A stretch of DNA of 64,000 bases, taken from a virus. Under the pieces are notes generated by a model. It did not search any database, was not told the origin of the DNA, and was given only the letters and a program-made list of their open reading frames with translations. Numbering within the stretch: position 1 is the stretch's first letter; every line of letters starts with the position of its first letter. Location: the IMG/VR virus record IMGVR_UViG_3300031962_000002, positions 1 to 64,000 of that record; one strand, 5' to 3'. Positions 8,689-17,008 of this stretch are shown here, one piece after another. Made by a program: the position numbers and the translations under genes.

Positions 8689-8927
8689 TTTGCTTGAGTG
8701 TTTTGATTAGCTACCTGATCAGGACTTTTGGTTGATCCATCTGGATTTTTGCCAGTCAGATATGCGATAACGCCCCCGGAAATAGTGGCAACACTGCCAG
8801 CGATTCCCAATACTACGGATGGTAATACGATCCCGTATTGAGAGGCTCCCAATACTGCGCCAGATAGTAAAAGACACGCACCGGCGATTGATGTCAATGT
8901 GTCTTTGATGTTCGAAGTTGGTTTCAT
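8685..8927 (-). CDS. Putative holin (2 TM)
   Basis: Two hydrophobic segments and a polar C-tail, near the endolysin. Confidence 0.6.
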   Translation of the reverse strand: MKPTSNIKDTLTSIAGACLLLSGAVLGASQYGIVLPSVVLGIAGSVATISGGVIAYLTGKNPDGSTKSPDQVANQNTQAK

Positions 8928-8932
8928 AAAAT

Positions 8933-9121
8933 TTAAAGTTTAGAAGGTAAAAATACTGCAATTATCGGAAATCCTACTAGGAATAATCCAGCGTAGGCAA
9001 TCAAATGATTCTCGTTCATTAATCCCGTTGAGATGACCCCAACTCCAGCCGTTCCACAATAAGCAATCAAATGATTAATCTTTGGTTCGGTTGGCTTATT
9101 TATGTTGTTCAGCACTGACAT
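8933..9121 (-). CDS. Small 2-TM membrane protein (holin/antiholin candidate)
   Basis: Two hydrophobic segments. Confidence 0.55.
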   Translation of the reverse strand: MSVLNNINKPTEPKINHLIAYCGTAGVGVISTGLMNENHLIAYAGLFLVGFPIIAVFLPSKL

Positions 9122-9507
9122 TAATACTTTAAATTTCCGTCTTTATCATAGTTGAAATAGTACGCAAGAGTGAATCCAAGGAAGAGAATCAGTTTAAACC
9201 AAAACACTGGGCCGCTATAAGGAATGAGATATTCAGAAATAAGATCAACTTTGCTTATTGTGCCAAGATAGGCAATAGGTTCATGCCTGAAAATGTTCAG
9301 CAAAGTATCGAACGCAAACCAATAGGTGAATAAGGCACACAAAACCGTGAACCATTTTGGTCTCTTATCTATCATTGCGAATAATGCGGCGAGTGCACAC
9401 GTTATTATCGCGTTCAGCGGATGAGAAGGATAAATTTGATGCTCAATTAGTTGCCAGTTGATGATCACCATAAGCAATGTAAAAGAAAACCAGATTAATA
9501 AATTCAT
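9121..9507 (-). CDS. Multi-TM membrane protein
   Basis: About four hydrophobic segments; coupled to the endolysin. Confidence 0.7.
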   Translation of the reverse strand: MNLLIWFSFTLLMVIINWQLIEHQIYPSHPLNAIITCALAALFAMIDKRPKWFTVLCALFTYWFAFDTLLNIFRHEPIAYLGTISKVDLISEYLIPYSGPVFWFKLILFLGFTLAYYFNYDKDGNLKY

Positions 9508-10094
9508 AGTGTTTGGAGTGCGTTCTTAACTAAAGGTATAAAATTATTCTCACATGATTCTACAGAATTGCCACCAAAGAATTTAACACCAGGGCAACTC
9601 TTTACCTGTCCTGTGCCATTTGTACGCTGACTTGTCACAATGTCCCACCAATGATGGTATTGAATGCCATCAGTATTAATTGTGATATCGAATTTTTTAC
9701 AAAGAATTGCATTTAGTTTTACCACAGTGTCTTTTTGCTCTTGCGTCATGTCATCATTGTCGAAATCGCCAAGATGCTCAATACATAAACCGAAATGGTT
9801 GGCCCCTGATATTCCGGCCGGAGGAACTTCGAAAGGTCTACAGACTGCCAACGTGCCATCTGGATAAGTTGAAAGGTTTTGTGCTATCTGTGAGAATCCT
9901 TCCTGTGTCATTTGATATTCTTCCATAGACTGAAGCCAATGAAATGGATCTGGCAACTGGCGAAACTCTGCATAGTTAGGGCGCCAAGTATGATGATTTT
10001 GAATGAGTTTTATAGGACGTTGAACGGTAAGACCTGCTAGCCAAGTAGCAAACTCCTGAAATTCAAATAATAAAAATTTTCCTTGCTGTTTCAT
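9504..10094 (-). CDS. Endolysin, N-acetylmuramoyl-L-alanine amidase (Amidase_2-like)
   Basis: Zn-amidase motifs IQNHHTW, CIEHLGDFD, YHHW and KSCPG. Confidence 0.85.
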   Translation of the reverse strand: MKQQGKFLLFEFQEFATWLAGLTVQRPIKLIQNHHTWRPNYAEFRQLPDPFHWLQSMEEYQMTQEGFSQIAQNLSTYPDGTLAVCRPFEVPPAGISGANHFGLCIEHLGDFDNDDMTQEQKDTVVKLNAILCKKFDITINTDGIQYHHWWDIVTSQRTNGTGQVKSCPGVKFFGGNSVESCENNFIPLVKNALQTL

Positions 10095-10459
10095 TGTCCT
10101 ATGTTTAGATAATGTAGAGCCTCCTCACCAATTTCATTTATTTCATTTTTGACCAAACATCGATCAGCCCCCAATTCTAATGCAAGTTCAATATTTGACC
10201 TTGGAATGTAACTGGAACTATACAAAAAAAATGGAGTATCTTTTATGTTAGGATCGCTCTTAGCCTCACCCGCAAAATGATAACCGTCCATTCCAGGCAT
10301 ATTGGCATCCGACATTATCAGATCCACTCTACATTTTTTCAATAAGACCAAAGCCTCATAACCATCACGGGCGCTGAAAACCTCTACCGCATTACTTTGC
10401 AAATACTTCTTTAGAAGTTTTCTGCGATCGTCATCATCCTCAACAATGAGTATTTTCAT
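10091..10459 (-). CDS. Stand-alone CheY-like response-regulator receiver domain (122 aa)
   Basis: MKILIVEDD...DLIMSDANMPGMDG...FLYSS...GADRCLVK. The acidic pair, phospho-Asp D51, S81 and K104 are intact. The likely start is 10459. Confidence 0.9.
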   Translation of the reverse strand: MKILIVEDDDDRRKLLKKYLQSNAVEVFSARDGYEALVLLKKCRVDLIMSDANMPGMDGYHFAGEAKSDPNIKDTPFFLYSSSYIPRSNIELALELGADRCLVKNEINEIGEEALHYLNIGQ

Positions 10460-10460
10460 T

Positions 10461-10769
10461 TTAATTGAGTGCGTTAATCCACTGATAAATTTTCCAACAT
10501 GCACCGCCAATAGTGCTAAGCCCGGCAATGATATAACTGATTTTTTTCCAATTAATTGATTTATTTCTAACAGGTTGATTCTGTAATGTTTCCAATAGTA
10601 TTTCCAATTTGGATTGTATCTCTTCAACACTCTCGCGTAACTCACTGATATTTCGAATTAAACCTTTGATTTCATTTTTTGAATCTCCGTAAACCCCACG
10701 TTCAAGCGTCTCAGTCTTTTTCTCAAGTCTACTTAACCTATCTATAACATCTTGCAGTATCCTTGCCAT
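10461..10769 (-). CDS. Coiled-coil protein with a C-terminal TM segment (XhlA-like/holin-like)
   Basis: Heptad-rich N-terminus and a single C-terminal hydrophobic helix. Confidence 0.7.
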   Translation of the reverse strand: MARILQDVIDRLSRLEKKTETLERGVYGDSKNEIKGLIRNISELRESVEEIQSKLEILLETLQNQPVRNKSINWKKISYIIAGLSTIGGACWKIYQWINALN

Positions 10770-10985
10770 TTAATTGTCGTGATTGAGCGGGAAAGTATTT
10801 GCTTGATGTTCGATGATTTCTTTTTGTAAAATAATGACTTGGTTTTTTACACTCAATTCTTTCTCCTTCTCTTTAAGTTTCAAATCCTTTGCCTTATTCG
10901 AATTATAAGTTTTGGCAAAGAAAATTACAGCACTTGTCAATACTGTAAGGATTAAAAAACTGCCGCCAACTATAAACTCTTCCAT
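10770..10985 (-). CDS. 71-aa single-TM plus coiled-coil protein
   Basis: MEEFIVGG...IFFAKTYNSNKAKDLKLKEKEKELSVKNQVIILQKEIIEHQA. The start at 10985 is in a TAATG overlap. Confidence 0.7.
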   Translation of the reverse strand: MEEFIVGGSFLILTVLTSAVIFFAKTYNSNKAKDLKLKEKEKELSVKNQVIILQKEIIEHQANTFPLNHDN

Positions 10986-11353
10986 TATCCATAGATGTAA
11001 GCCCTCAGCAAAATTAAACTTATGCAACCAAATATTAAAGTGTCGTAACTCACGGCATACCAACCTATACTAAATCGCGCCTGGTTGCATTCCAGCATGA
11101 AATCGAAAAGTTTACCAGTTATGACCAATGCAATCCATTTCAATTCTTTTGGCCTTTCTGTCTCTTGAGTCCACAATGTCCATATGTAAGCAATTGGGAC
11201 TATATTAATGCAGATGTTCCAAAAGTAAATAGGCCAGATCATTTTCAAACTGGAGAAAGGGAACATGGAATATTCTTTAAATCCTACTCCTTGGACTTTG
11301 CTAAACGCAGCCCAAACAATAGAGGCAAGAAATATGATCCACAGTCTTTTCAC
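10985..11353 (-). CDS. Multi-TM membrane protein (122 aa)
   Basis: GTG start overlapping the upstream TGA; about four hydrophobic segments. Confidence 0.7.
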   Translation of the reverse strand: MKRLWIIFLASIVWAAFSKVQGVGFKEYSMFPFSSLKMIWPIYFWNICINIVPIAYIWTLWTQETERPKELKWIALVITGKLFDFMLECNQARFSIGWYAVSYDTLIFGCISLILLRAYIYG

Positions 11354-11556
11354 TGCTTTGGATTGCAATTTACATTTACCGTCCCATCTGGATTGGTTGT
11401 GCAAACGCATCCGGTTTGACATGCTAGGGCAATGGGATGAATAACCTGTTCGGCTGGCTCTGTCCCATATTCATGATGCCAATTCTCCCCATCCCAACGA
11501 GCAGGAATAACCTTGCCTTGAAGTTTGATTGCGTAGTGACCTGGTTTGATTTCCAT
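11350..11556 (-). CDS. Small protein with a Cys-rich C-terminal tail
   Basis: 68 aa ending ACQTGCVCTTNPDGTVNVNCNPKQ. Confidence 0.7.
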   Translation of the reverse strand: MEIKPGHYAIKLQGKVIPARWDGENWHHEYGTEPAEQVIHPIALACQTGCVCTTNPDGTVNVNCNPKQ

Positions 11557-11567
11557 ATTTAAAAGGT

Positions 11568-11735
11568 TTATGTTTTTGAATCTAAAAATAGACTTCCAAT
11601 CCCAATCAGCAAAAATGACGGGATAAACATGAAAAGTTCAGCATATTTCGAACTCATTACAATTATAGCCGAAGCGATACCAGCAATTATGAGGATAGTG
11701 CCAAAAATATTTGAAATAGATTTTAGTATTCTCAT
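11568..11735 (-). CDS. 55-aa 2-TM membrane protein (not in ORF track)
   Basis: MRILKSISNIFGTILIIAGIASAIIVMSSKYAELFMFIPSFLLIGIGSLFLDSKT; ATGA-coupled. Confidence 0.7.
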   Translation of the reverse strand: MRILKSISNIFGTILIIAGIASAIIVMSSKYAELFMFIPSFLLIGIGSLFLDSKT

Positions 11736-11887
11736 ATGAATTCAATCTTTTGAATAGTGACTTGTTCCGAATAATGTTTTGCCATAAACATTTCCTTAGC
11801 AAGCGAAACTGTAGGTGCAATAACTTTTTCAGTAAATGGCACCAAGCTTAAAACTCCCTTCCTGCAATATGTAATTTTGAACTGCAT
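11732..11887 (-). CDS. 51-aa hypothetical protein (not in ORF track)
   Basis: MQFKITYCRKG...QKIEFI; fills the gap exactly, with ATGA coupling downstream. Confidence 0.6.
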   Translation of the reverse strand: MQFKITYCRKGVLSLVPFTEKVIAPTVSLAKEMFMAKHYSEQVTIQKIEFI

Positions 11888-11888
11888 T

Positions 11889-13424
11889 TTAAAATTGCCT
11901 CGCCAAGTCTATTCCTATCTGAATATAACTCGCATTGCTGAAGTGAATCCCATCTCCTTGAAAACTGTATGAGTTTGTGCTGAATAAGTTTGCATTGGCC
12001 AATGCTGCCGCCGCATTTGTCTGCGCTGTCTGAACAGTGCTCAGATAAGTCTCACTAGCCTGTCCATTTGGTAATCTTGTTATCCAAACTGGTGCCGATA
12101 CGCCTTTAACATCGGTTCCTAATTCAGGTCTAAGTGTATTATAGAAGGTCGTAATATTTGCCTGATATGCACTAGCGGCAGCGGAAATTGTTGCGTCTTG
12201 CTCTCCTTGTGTTCCAACAATGGCGACCATGACAGGCCGTTGGCTGGCCGTCTGAAAGGCTATTAGAGCAGCCGTCCAATTATTCATTAAGGTGCTGTAA
12301 AGTCTCAGCCCTGAATTTGGAACAACCGTATTATCTGTAGGAAGCCAGAATAATGCCCCGCCGCCATTATTGTAAAGAGCTGTTCCTCCTACAGCATATT
12401 TGTGAAGATAAACGGTCCCACCAACGCGAGTAATGTATGCATTGCCTATACTAGCTTCATAGCCAAAATCAGTGGAAGCCAATGAGCCATCCCCAAGCAT
12501 ATTATTATTTGCCGACTCATCCAAAGTTTGCCATGATGTTCCAAGTGGTTGAGTATAATCAGCAAGATTCGTCCAAACTTTCACTCCTGTTTGAGCAGTA
12601 TTGTAAGGACTTGTTAGATAAGATTTCGGATTTCCACGCCCTGAAGCATTTGATTGACCCCAAATAAAAACAACATTTACGCCAGTATAACTAGACCATA
12701 AAGGAATCGACATGCTATATCTGCTATTCAGATAAGCATTCAATTCATCCATATCGCTTAGACTAAGTGGACGAGTCCAAACTAGAGTTTCATACCAATC
12801 ACAATTTAAACCGCGATATTGCGTGCCAATGGAAGTGGCAAGTGCTGCTGATTGCACGACACTTGGAAGTGTATATGTTGCCTGTATAACACCATTAATG
12901 AATGTGCGACGTGATCCCCATCCAAGTTCAGCGCCATAAGCCGCGATCGTTCCGGCTTCTGAAGTTGTATTTGGCGAAGAATTGGTATTGTAAATTACAT
13001 TACTATTACTTGCTTCGTAACCATTCCAAAGTGTATTTGTGCCGCTAGCACCTTGATGACCAAAAAAGCCACATAAAGCATTATTTGCGCGAACGCCAAT
13101 AGTGACTGTAAATATTGGCCAGTTAGTTGTAGAGAACGCAGAATTTAGATAGGCAGAACTGTTCCCAGTAACTTTTGCTTGACTATTCACCCCTGTTCCA
13201 GTCGTAAGAGTGCCAGCCTGTTGGATCATCGGATTATTATTCCCGCTTTTATCAGTGAATGAATATGATCCAGATGAACCAGTTATCGCATCAGCACGCC
13301 ACCATCCGGCAATATCATGAAAAATTGAATATGGTCTGGGGACTGTCTGAGGTGCTGAAAGATATCCTTGCGACTCACATGAGAAAAATGAAAATAGTGC
13401 AAAAAGTAAAAATAGTTTTTTCAT
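11889..13424 (-). CDS. Signal-peptide protein with a lectin/LamG-like N-domain and an SGNH sialate-O-acetylesterase-like (SASA) domain
   Basis: SGNH blocks GQSNA, KYAVGGT, QGEQDA and DGIHF. The N-domain has a WWRAD...DKSGN motif. N-terminus MKKLFLLFALFSFFSC. Confidence 0.8.
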   Translation of the reverse strand: MKKLFLLFALFSFFSCESQGYLSAPQTVPRPYSIFHDIAGWWRADAITGSSGSYSFTDKSGNNNPMIQQAGTLTTGTGVNSQAKVTGNSSAYLNSAFSTTNWPIFTVTIGVRANNALCGFFGHQGASGTNTLWNGYEASNSNVIYNTNSSPNTTSEAGTIAAYGAELGWGSRRTFINGVIQATYTLPSVVQSAALATSIGTQYRGLNCDWYETLVWTRPLSLSDMDELNAYLNSRYSMSIPLWSSYTGVNVVFIWGQSNASGRGNPKSYLTSPYNTAQTGVKVWTNLADYTQPLGTSWQTLDESANNNMLGDGSLASTDFGYEASIGNAYITRVGGTVYLHKYAVGGTALYNNGGGALFWLPTDNTVVPNSGLRLYSTLMNNWTAALIAFQTASQRPVMVAIVGTQGEQDATISAAASAYQANITTFYNTLRPELGTDVKGVSAPVWITRLPNGQASETYLSTVQTAQTNAAAALANANLFSTNSYSFQGDGIHFSNASYIQIGIDLARQF

Positions 13425-13427
13425 AAT

Positions 13428-15836
13428 TTACCTAATTCTACGTGCTCTAATTGAACCAACGAACTGAGGATTGCCTACTGTAAATGTTGCTTGTGCATTT
13501 AAATAATAAGTAGTGTTACCACTCAAACTAATTCTATAAGGTCCAATTACATCCGTGAATTTTGAGGTCCCTAAAAGGGCTGCTTGTGGAACATAGGATA
13601 TATTTTGACCTTCGGTTGATCCCGAGGCGCTAGCGGTTGTTGTACTTACTACAAATATTGCATTTGAGGATGCGGTTATAGTCGCTGAATTCGAACTATA
13701 AGTAAAAAAGGCAGAAATATCCCAATCGCCTGCGGTTAAAGCAATTGAAGTAATGTTTTGATATGTCGCACTTGTAGTGAAATTTGTGTAGGTACTTTGA
13801 ATTGCATTAATTTCTTCCCCAATGTTTCCCGCAGATGCTGCGTCATTGGTTGCTGTCCCAGCAATTTTATTAGATGTGCCGGTTACGGTTATTGAACCTC
13901 CTATTTTTGCTGCTCCATTTGTACCAAGTGCCCACAAATTGGTAGTAGTTCCGCTCCCATTAGTTGGGACTTCCCAATAACCATTATAAGAATCAGTAAT
14001 CGTATTCCCTGAGCCAGCATTAACAGTAGGGGATTTAAAATAGTGATAGCGTTGAAGAGCAAGTGTTGAAGATCCTGCTGCCCATGTTTGTGTACTGCCA
14101 GTCCAAACCGTTTCTGGAAACTCTGTTCCTGCGGTCATTGCAGTATGCGCACCTGGGTCAACTCGCATTGTTGGTATCCATGAAGCTGAAAGAGCGCTTT
14201 GTACATTATAAAAATGTGCATTATCAGAAGTGCTTCCTAAAAGAAAATCACGATTTGTATTATTATAAAAACGTGCAGCTTCACCGTTTGATACATAGAA
14301 ACTTTCCCAATATCCTGTGTTTGTAAAAAATTTAAATTCACCAGTACTAGGATTAGCCGATATAGCGAAATTTCCTGATCCACCGGCAAATCCCAATTTT
14401 GGCGTTCCTGAGTTTGGTCCGATAACTGCAATTTTATTGGTAGCATCCCAAGTAAAATCAGTGGGAGCCGCCACGGTTGTTGCACTTGTGGCATAAACAA
14501 TCCCATTTGTATTTAGCCCAGAAAGTCCTCCGCTTGGTGCCGCACTTGTCCATGTAGTTCCATTGGATGTCAAAACATTTCCATTTGCGCCGACTGCAAC
14601 ACGTGTAGGAGTCGCATATCCACTTGCCCCAACTGCGCCGCCAACAAGTATATCGCCCTGATTTGTCAATGGATAAATGGGATAGTATTTTGAATCCCAA
14701 GAAGCAGTTCCAGTTCCGCTTGTCAAGATACATTTTACAATTAAAAAGTCCCCCGCATTCAATGCGATAATGGTATTTGCTCCTGAACTCTGAACTGTCA
14801 CAACTCCGCTGGATGTGCAATTGTTATAAATTCTAAATTGCTGACCTAAAACAAGCGTAGACGTTACTGGGAGTGTAACAGTTTGATTGGAAGTAGTTCC
14901 AGTGAAATACTGATCTTCTGTACTTGAAACCGTAAGAGTTGTTGTTGCTCCCGCCGTTGCAGTTGTGGTATATCCAAGCAATGCATTATTAGCAGACAAA
15001 TTTTTATTAGCATCCCATCCTGCAAATGCGCTAGCTGTTGGTGCAGATGTTACCGAAGTAACATTGGTCCCTCCATTAGCCACGGGAAGCACTCCAGTCA
15101 CTCCTGTAGTCAAAGGCAATCCGGTGGCATTCGTTAAGGTTAAATTCGTAGGAGCAATCCCAAAATTCAAAGACGCGGATGAAGCATTCCCTATCGTAAT
15201 ATTCCCTGAATTGGAACTTGTTCCGATGTTTATATCACCCGTACTTCCTTGGTTAAGGTTTAAAGTAGTAGTAGAACTTACCGAAAGAGAACCTGAAGAA
15301 GGGAATATAGAAGCATTCGCAGCCGTAACTAAATTTCCAACCGAGTTAATCGTAAATACCTTCGTGTTCGAACCATTGTTTACATTCCAGTATAGATCAA
15401 GAGTTCCTGTAGGATTAGTCAATCCTTGAACCGGAGTAGCGTACCATAAAAATTTGGTTGATTGACTTGCCGCCGTAGATTGCGTTTTCCATCCTTGTCC
15501 CTCAAAAACAAGTGATGGTGAAATCTGTTGGGCTCCCGCTGCGGCTGCTGTGGCATTTTGTAACCATAATCCTGCCCCGTTAGTTTGCGTTGTTGCAAGA
15601 GATGGAAAATTCAATTGAAAGGTATTCGAAGAACTGCCGGTTATTGACGTAGCCCCAGTAAGTAATGTTGACACAAAAAGACTACCTGATGCCTTTTTAT
15701 TAACGCCTCCCTGTAGGATTGGGACATAGACGGTTCCACTCAAATCAGTGGCAGAAGTCATGGCGCTAATTTTCACATCCTGGGAAAATCCTCCGAATGA
15801 TAAGACTGTGAAAAATAAGAAAAGTAATTTTTTCAT
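13428..15836 (-). CDS. Tail fibre-like protein with a signal peptide
   Basis: Thr/Ser/Gly-rich fibre modules (KISAMTSAT, GVLPVANGGT, GTATNDAASAGNIGE...TAGDWD...IRARRIR). Start MKKLLF at 15836. Confidence 0.75.
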   Translation of the reverse strand: MKKLLFLFFTVLSFGGFSQDVKISAMTSATDLSGTVYVPILQGGVNKKASGSLFVSTLLTGATSITGSSSNTFQLNFPSLATTQTNGAGLWLQNATAAAAGAQQISPSLVFEGQGWKTQSTAASQSTKFLWYATPVQGLTNPTGTLDLYWNVNNGSNTKVFTINSVGNLVTAANASIFPSSGSLSVSSTTTLNLNQGSTGDINIGTSSNSGNITIGNASSASLNFGIAPTNLTLTNATGLPLTTGVTGVLPVANGGTNVTSVTSAPTASAFAGWDANKNLSANNALLGYTTTATAGATTTLTVSSTEDQYFTGTTSNQTVTLPVTSTLVLGQQFRIYNNCTSSGVVTVQSSGANTIIALNAGDFLIVKCILTSGTGTASWDSKYYPIYPLTNQGDILVGGAVGASGYATPTRVAVGANGNVLTSNGTTWTSAAPSGGLSGLNTNGIVYATSATTVAAPTDFTWDATNKIAVIGPNSGTPKLGFAGGSGNFAISANPSTGEFKFFTNTGYWESFYVSNGEAARFYNNTNRDFLLGSTSDNAHFYNVQSALSASWIPTMRVDPGAHTAMTAGTEFPETVWTGSTQTWAAGSSTLALQRYHYFKSPTVNAGSGNTITDSYNGYWEVPTNGSGTTTNLWALGTNGAAKIGGSITVTGTSNKIAGTATNDAASAGNIGEEINAIQSTYTNFTTSATYQNITSIALTAGDWDISAFFTYSSNSATITASSNAIFVVSTTTASASGSTEGQNISYVPQAALLGTSKFTDVIGPYRISLSGNTTYYLNAQATFTVGNPQFVGSIRARRIR

Positions 15837-15844
15837 AATTTTTG

Positions 15845-17008
15845 TCATTGAATGCAATGGTATTTCCAAGTGTAAGTAGTCGTGGCTGAAAGGGTGCCCT
15901 TGAAAGAAAAAGTTGTTGTAGTCTCTGAATTATTAACATATCCTCCATTGGCTCCTAAAGCTATTGCAGCGGCGTTATCTGGAATTAAAACCACCGACGG
16001 CGCAGAAGCATACGCAGCATTAAACGTAATTGTAGCGATAATTGAGGCCGCTGTGGGGCTACTGCCAGTCAACACAGAGATCAACCCTCCTGTATCCGAC
16101 CCACGCGTTATGTTTACTGTTGGGCTTGTCCCAGCTCCCACGCCTGCTGCAATGGCTGGTGGTCCGCCTTGTCCGACCAAATGTGATAGTGTCAAAGTAA
16201 AAACACCATTTCCAGTTAAAGAGGATGTAGATGTAGTGAATTGGAGGTTTATTAATTGAGAACTCGTTAAAGTTGATCCAAGTGTCAAAGCACCTATACT
16301 GCCAGAGAAACCTCCATATAAACTCATTCCAGTGGTTCCACTTGCTGGTTGAATGGTTGGATTACCACCACCAACTTGTGCGAATGTAAAATTTCCACTC
16401 TTGCTTGCAAATGCCAAATCAATGAGACTTGCGCTACCAGCCGTAGCGATCGTTCTGGTGCCACCAGAAATAGATGAACTTCCTAAATTCAAATCTCCGG
16501 CTGCATCTCCGAAAAGCCCTGAAGAAACGACATTTGTGCCGTTTGACATTGCTAATTCATTATTCAAGGCGGAATTACTGATTCCTGGTGGAAGCGCCCA
16601 TGAACCATCTGCTCTTAAAAAGTTTGTTGTTCCACCACCTGAAGAAGGGACAATTCCACTTCCGGTACTTGAAAAAGGATGTGTATCGGCAATTTGATAA
16701 TAAGTCCCATTGTAACTTACAATCCTTGTATCGCCTGCTTTTAGATCCCCACTTGCAAGTGCTACTGCACCTGAAAATTGAAGTGCTTTTGCTCCGAGAC
16801 TATTTCTGTTAAGGGTAGCTGCTCCAGTATTCCCGTTGGTAAATCTTACAAGGAACCTTTCATTTGTGGTATACACTGCTGGCAATGGCTCTGGAATCGT
16901 ATAGGTATTAGTTCCAGAAGCCACTAAGGTTTTTAAACCACCATCGACGCTCTGCCCACAGGCAGCTAGTGGAAATAAAATCAGAATTAATAATTTTCTT
17001 AGAACCAT
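15845..17008 (-). CDS. Tail fibre-like protein with a signal peptide/lipobox
   Basis: Fibre motifs NTGAATLN..SLGAK and GGGTTNFLRADGSW. N-terminus MVLRKLLILILFPLAAC. Confidence 0.75.
   Translation of the reverse strand: MVLRKLLILILFPLAACGQSVDGGLKTLVASGTNTYTIPEPLPAVYTTNERFLVRFTNGNTGAATLNRNSLGAKALQFSGAVALASGDLKAGDTRIVSYNGTYYQIADTHPFSSTGSGIVPSSGGGTTNFLRADGSWALPPGISNSALNNELAMSNGTNVVSSGLFGDAAGDLNLGSSSISGGTRTIATAGSASLIDLAFASKSGNFTFAQVGGGNPTIQPASGTTGMSLYGGFSGSIGALTLGSTLTSSQLINLQFTTSTSSLTGNGVFTLTLSHLVGQGGPPAIAAGVGAGTSPTVNITRGSDTGGLISVLTGSSPTAASIIATITFNAAYASAPSVVLIPDNAAAIALGANGGYVNNSETTTTFSFKGTLSATTTYTWKYHCIQ

Noticed and set aside
10460-10645. N-terminal extension of the receiver ORF
   Set aside because: It is a shadow of the 10461-10769 gene. 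The receiver fold starts at MKILIVEDD (10459).
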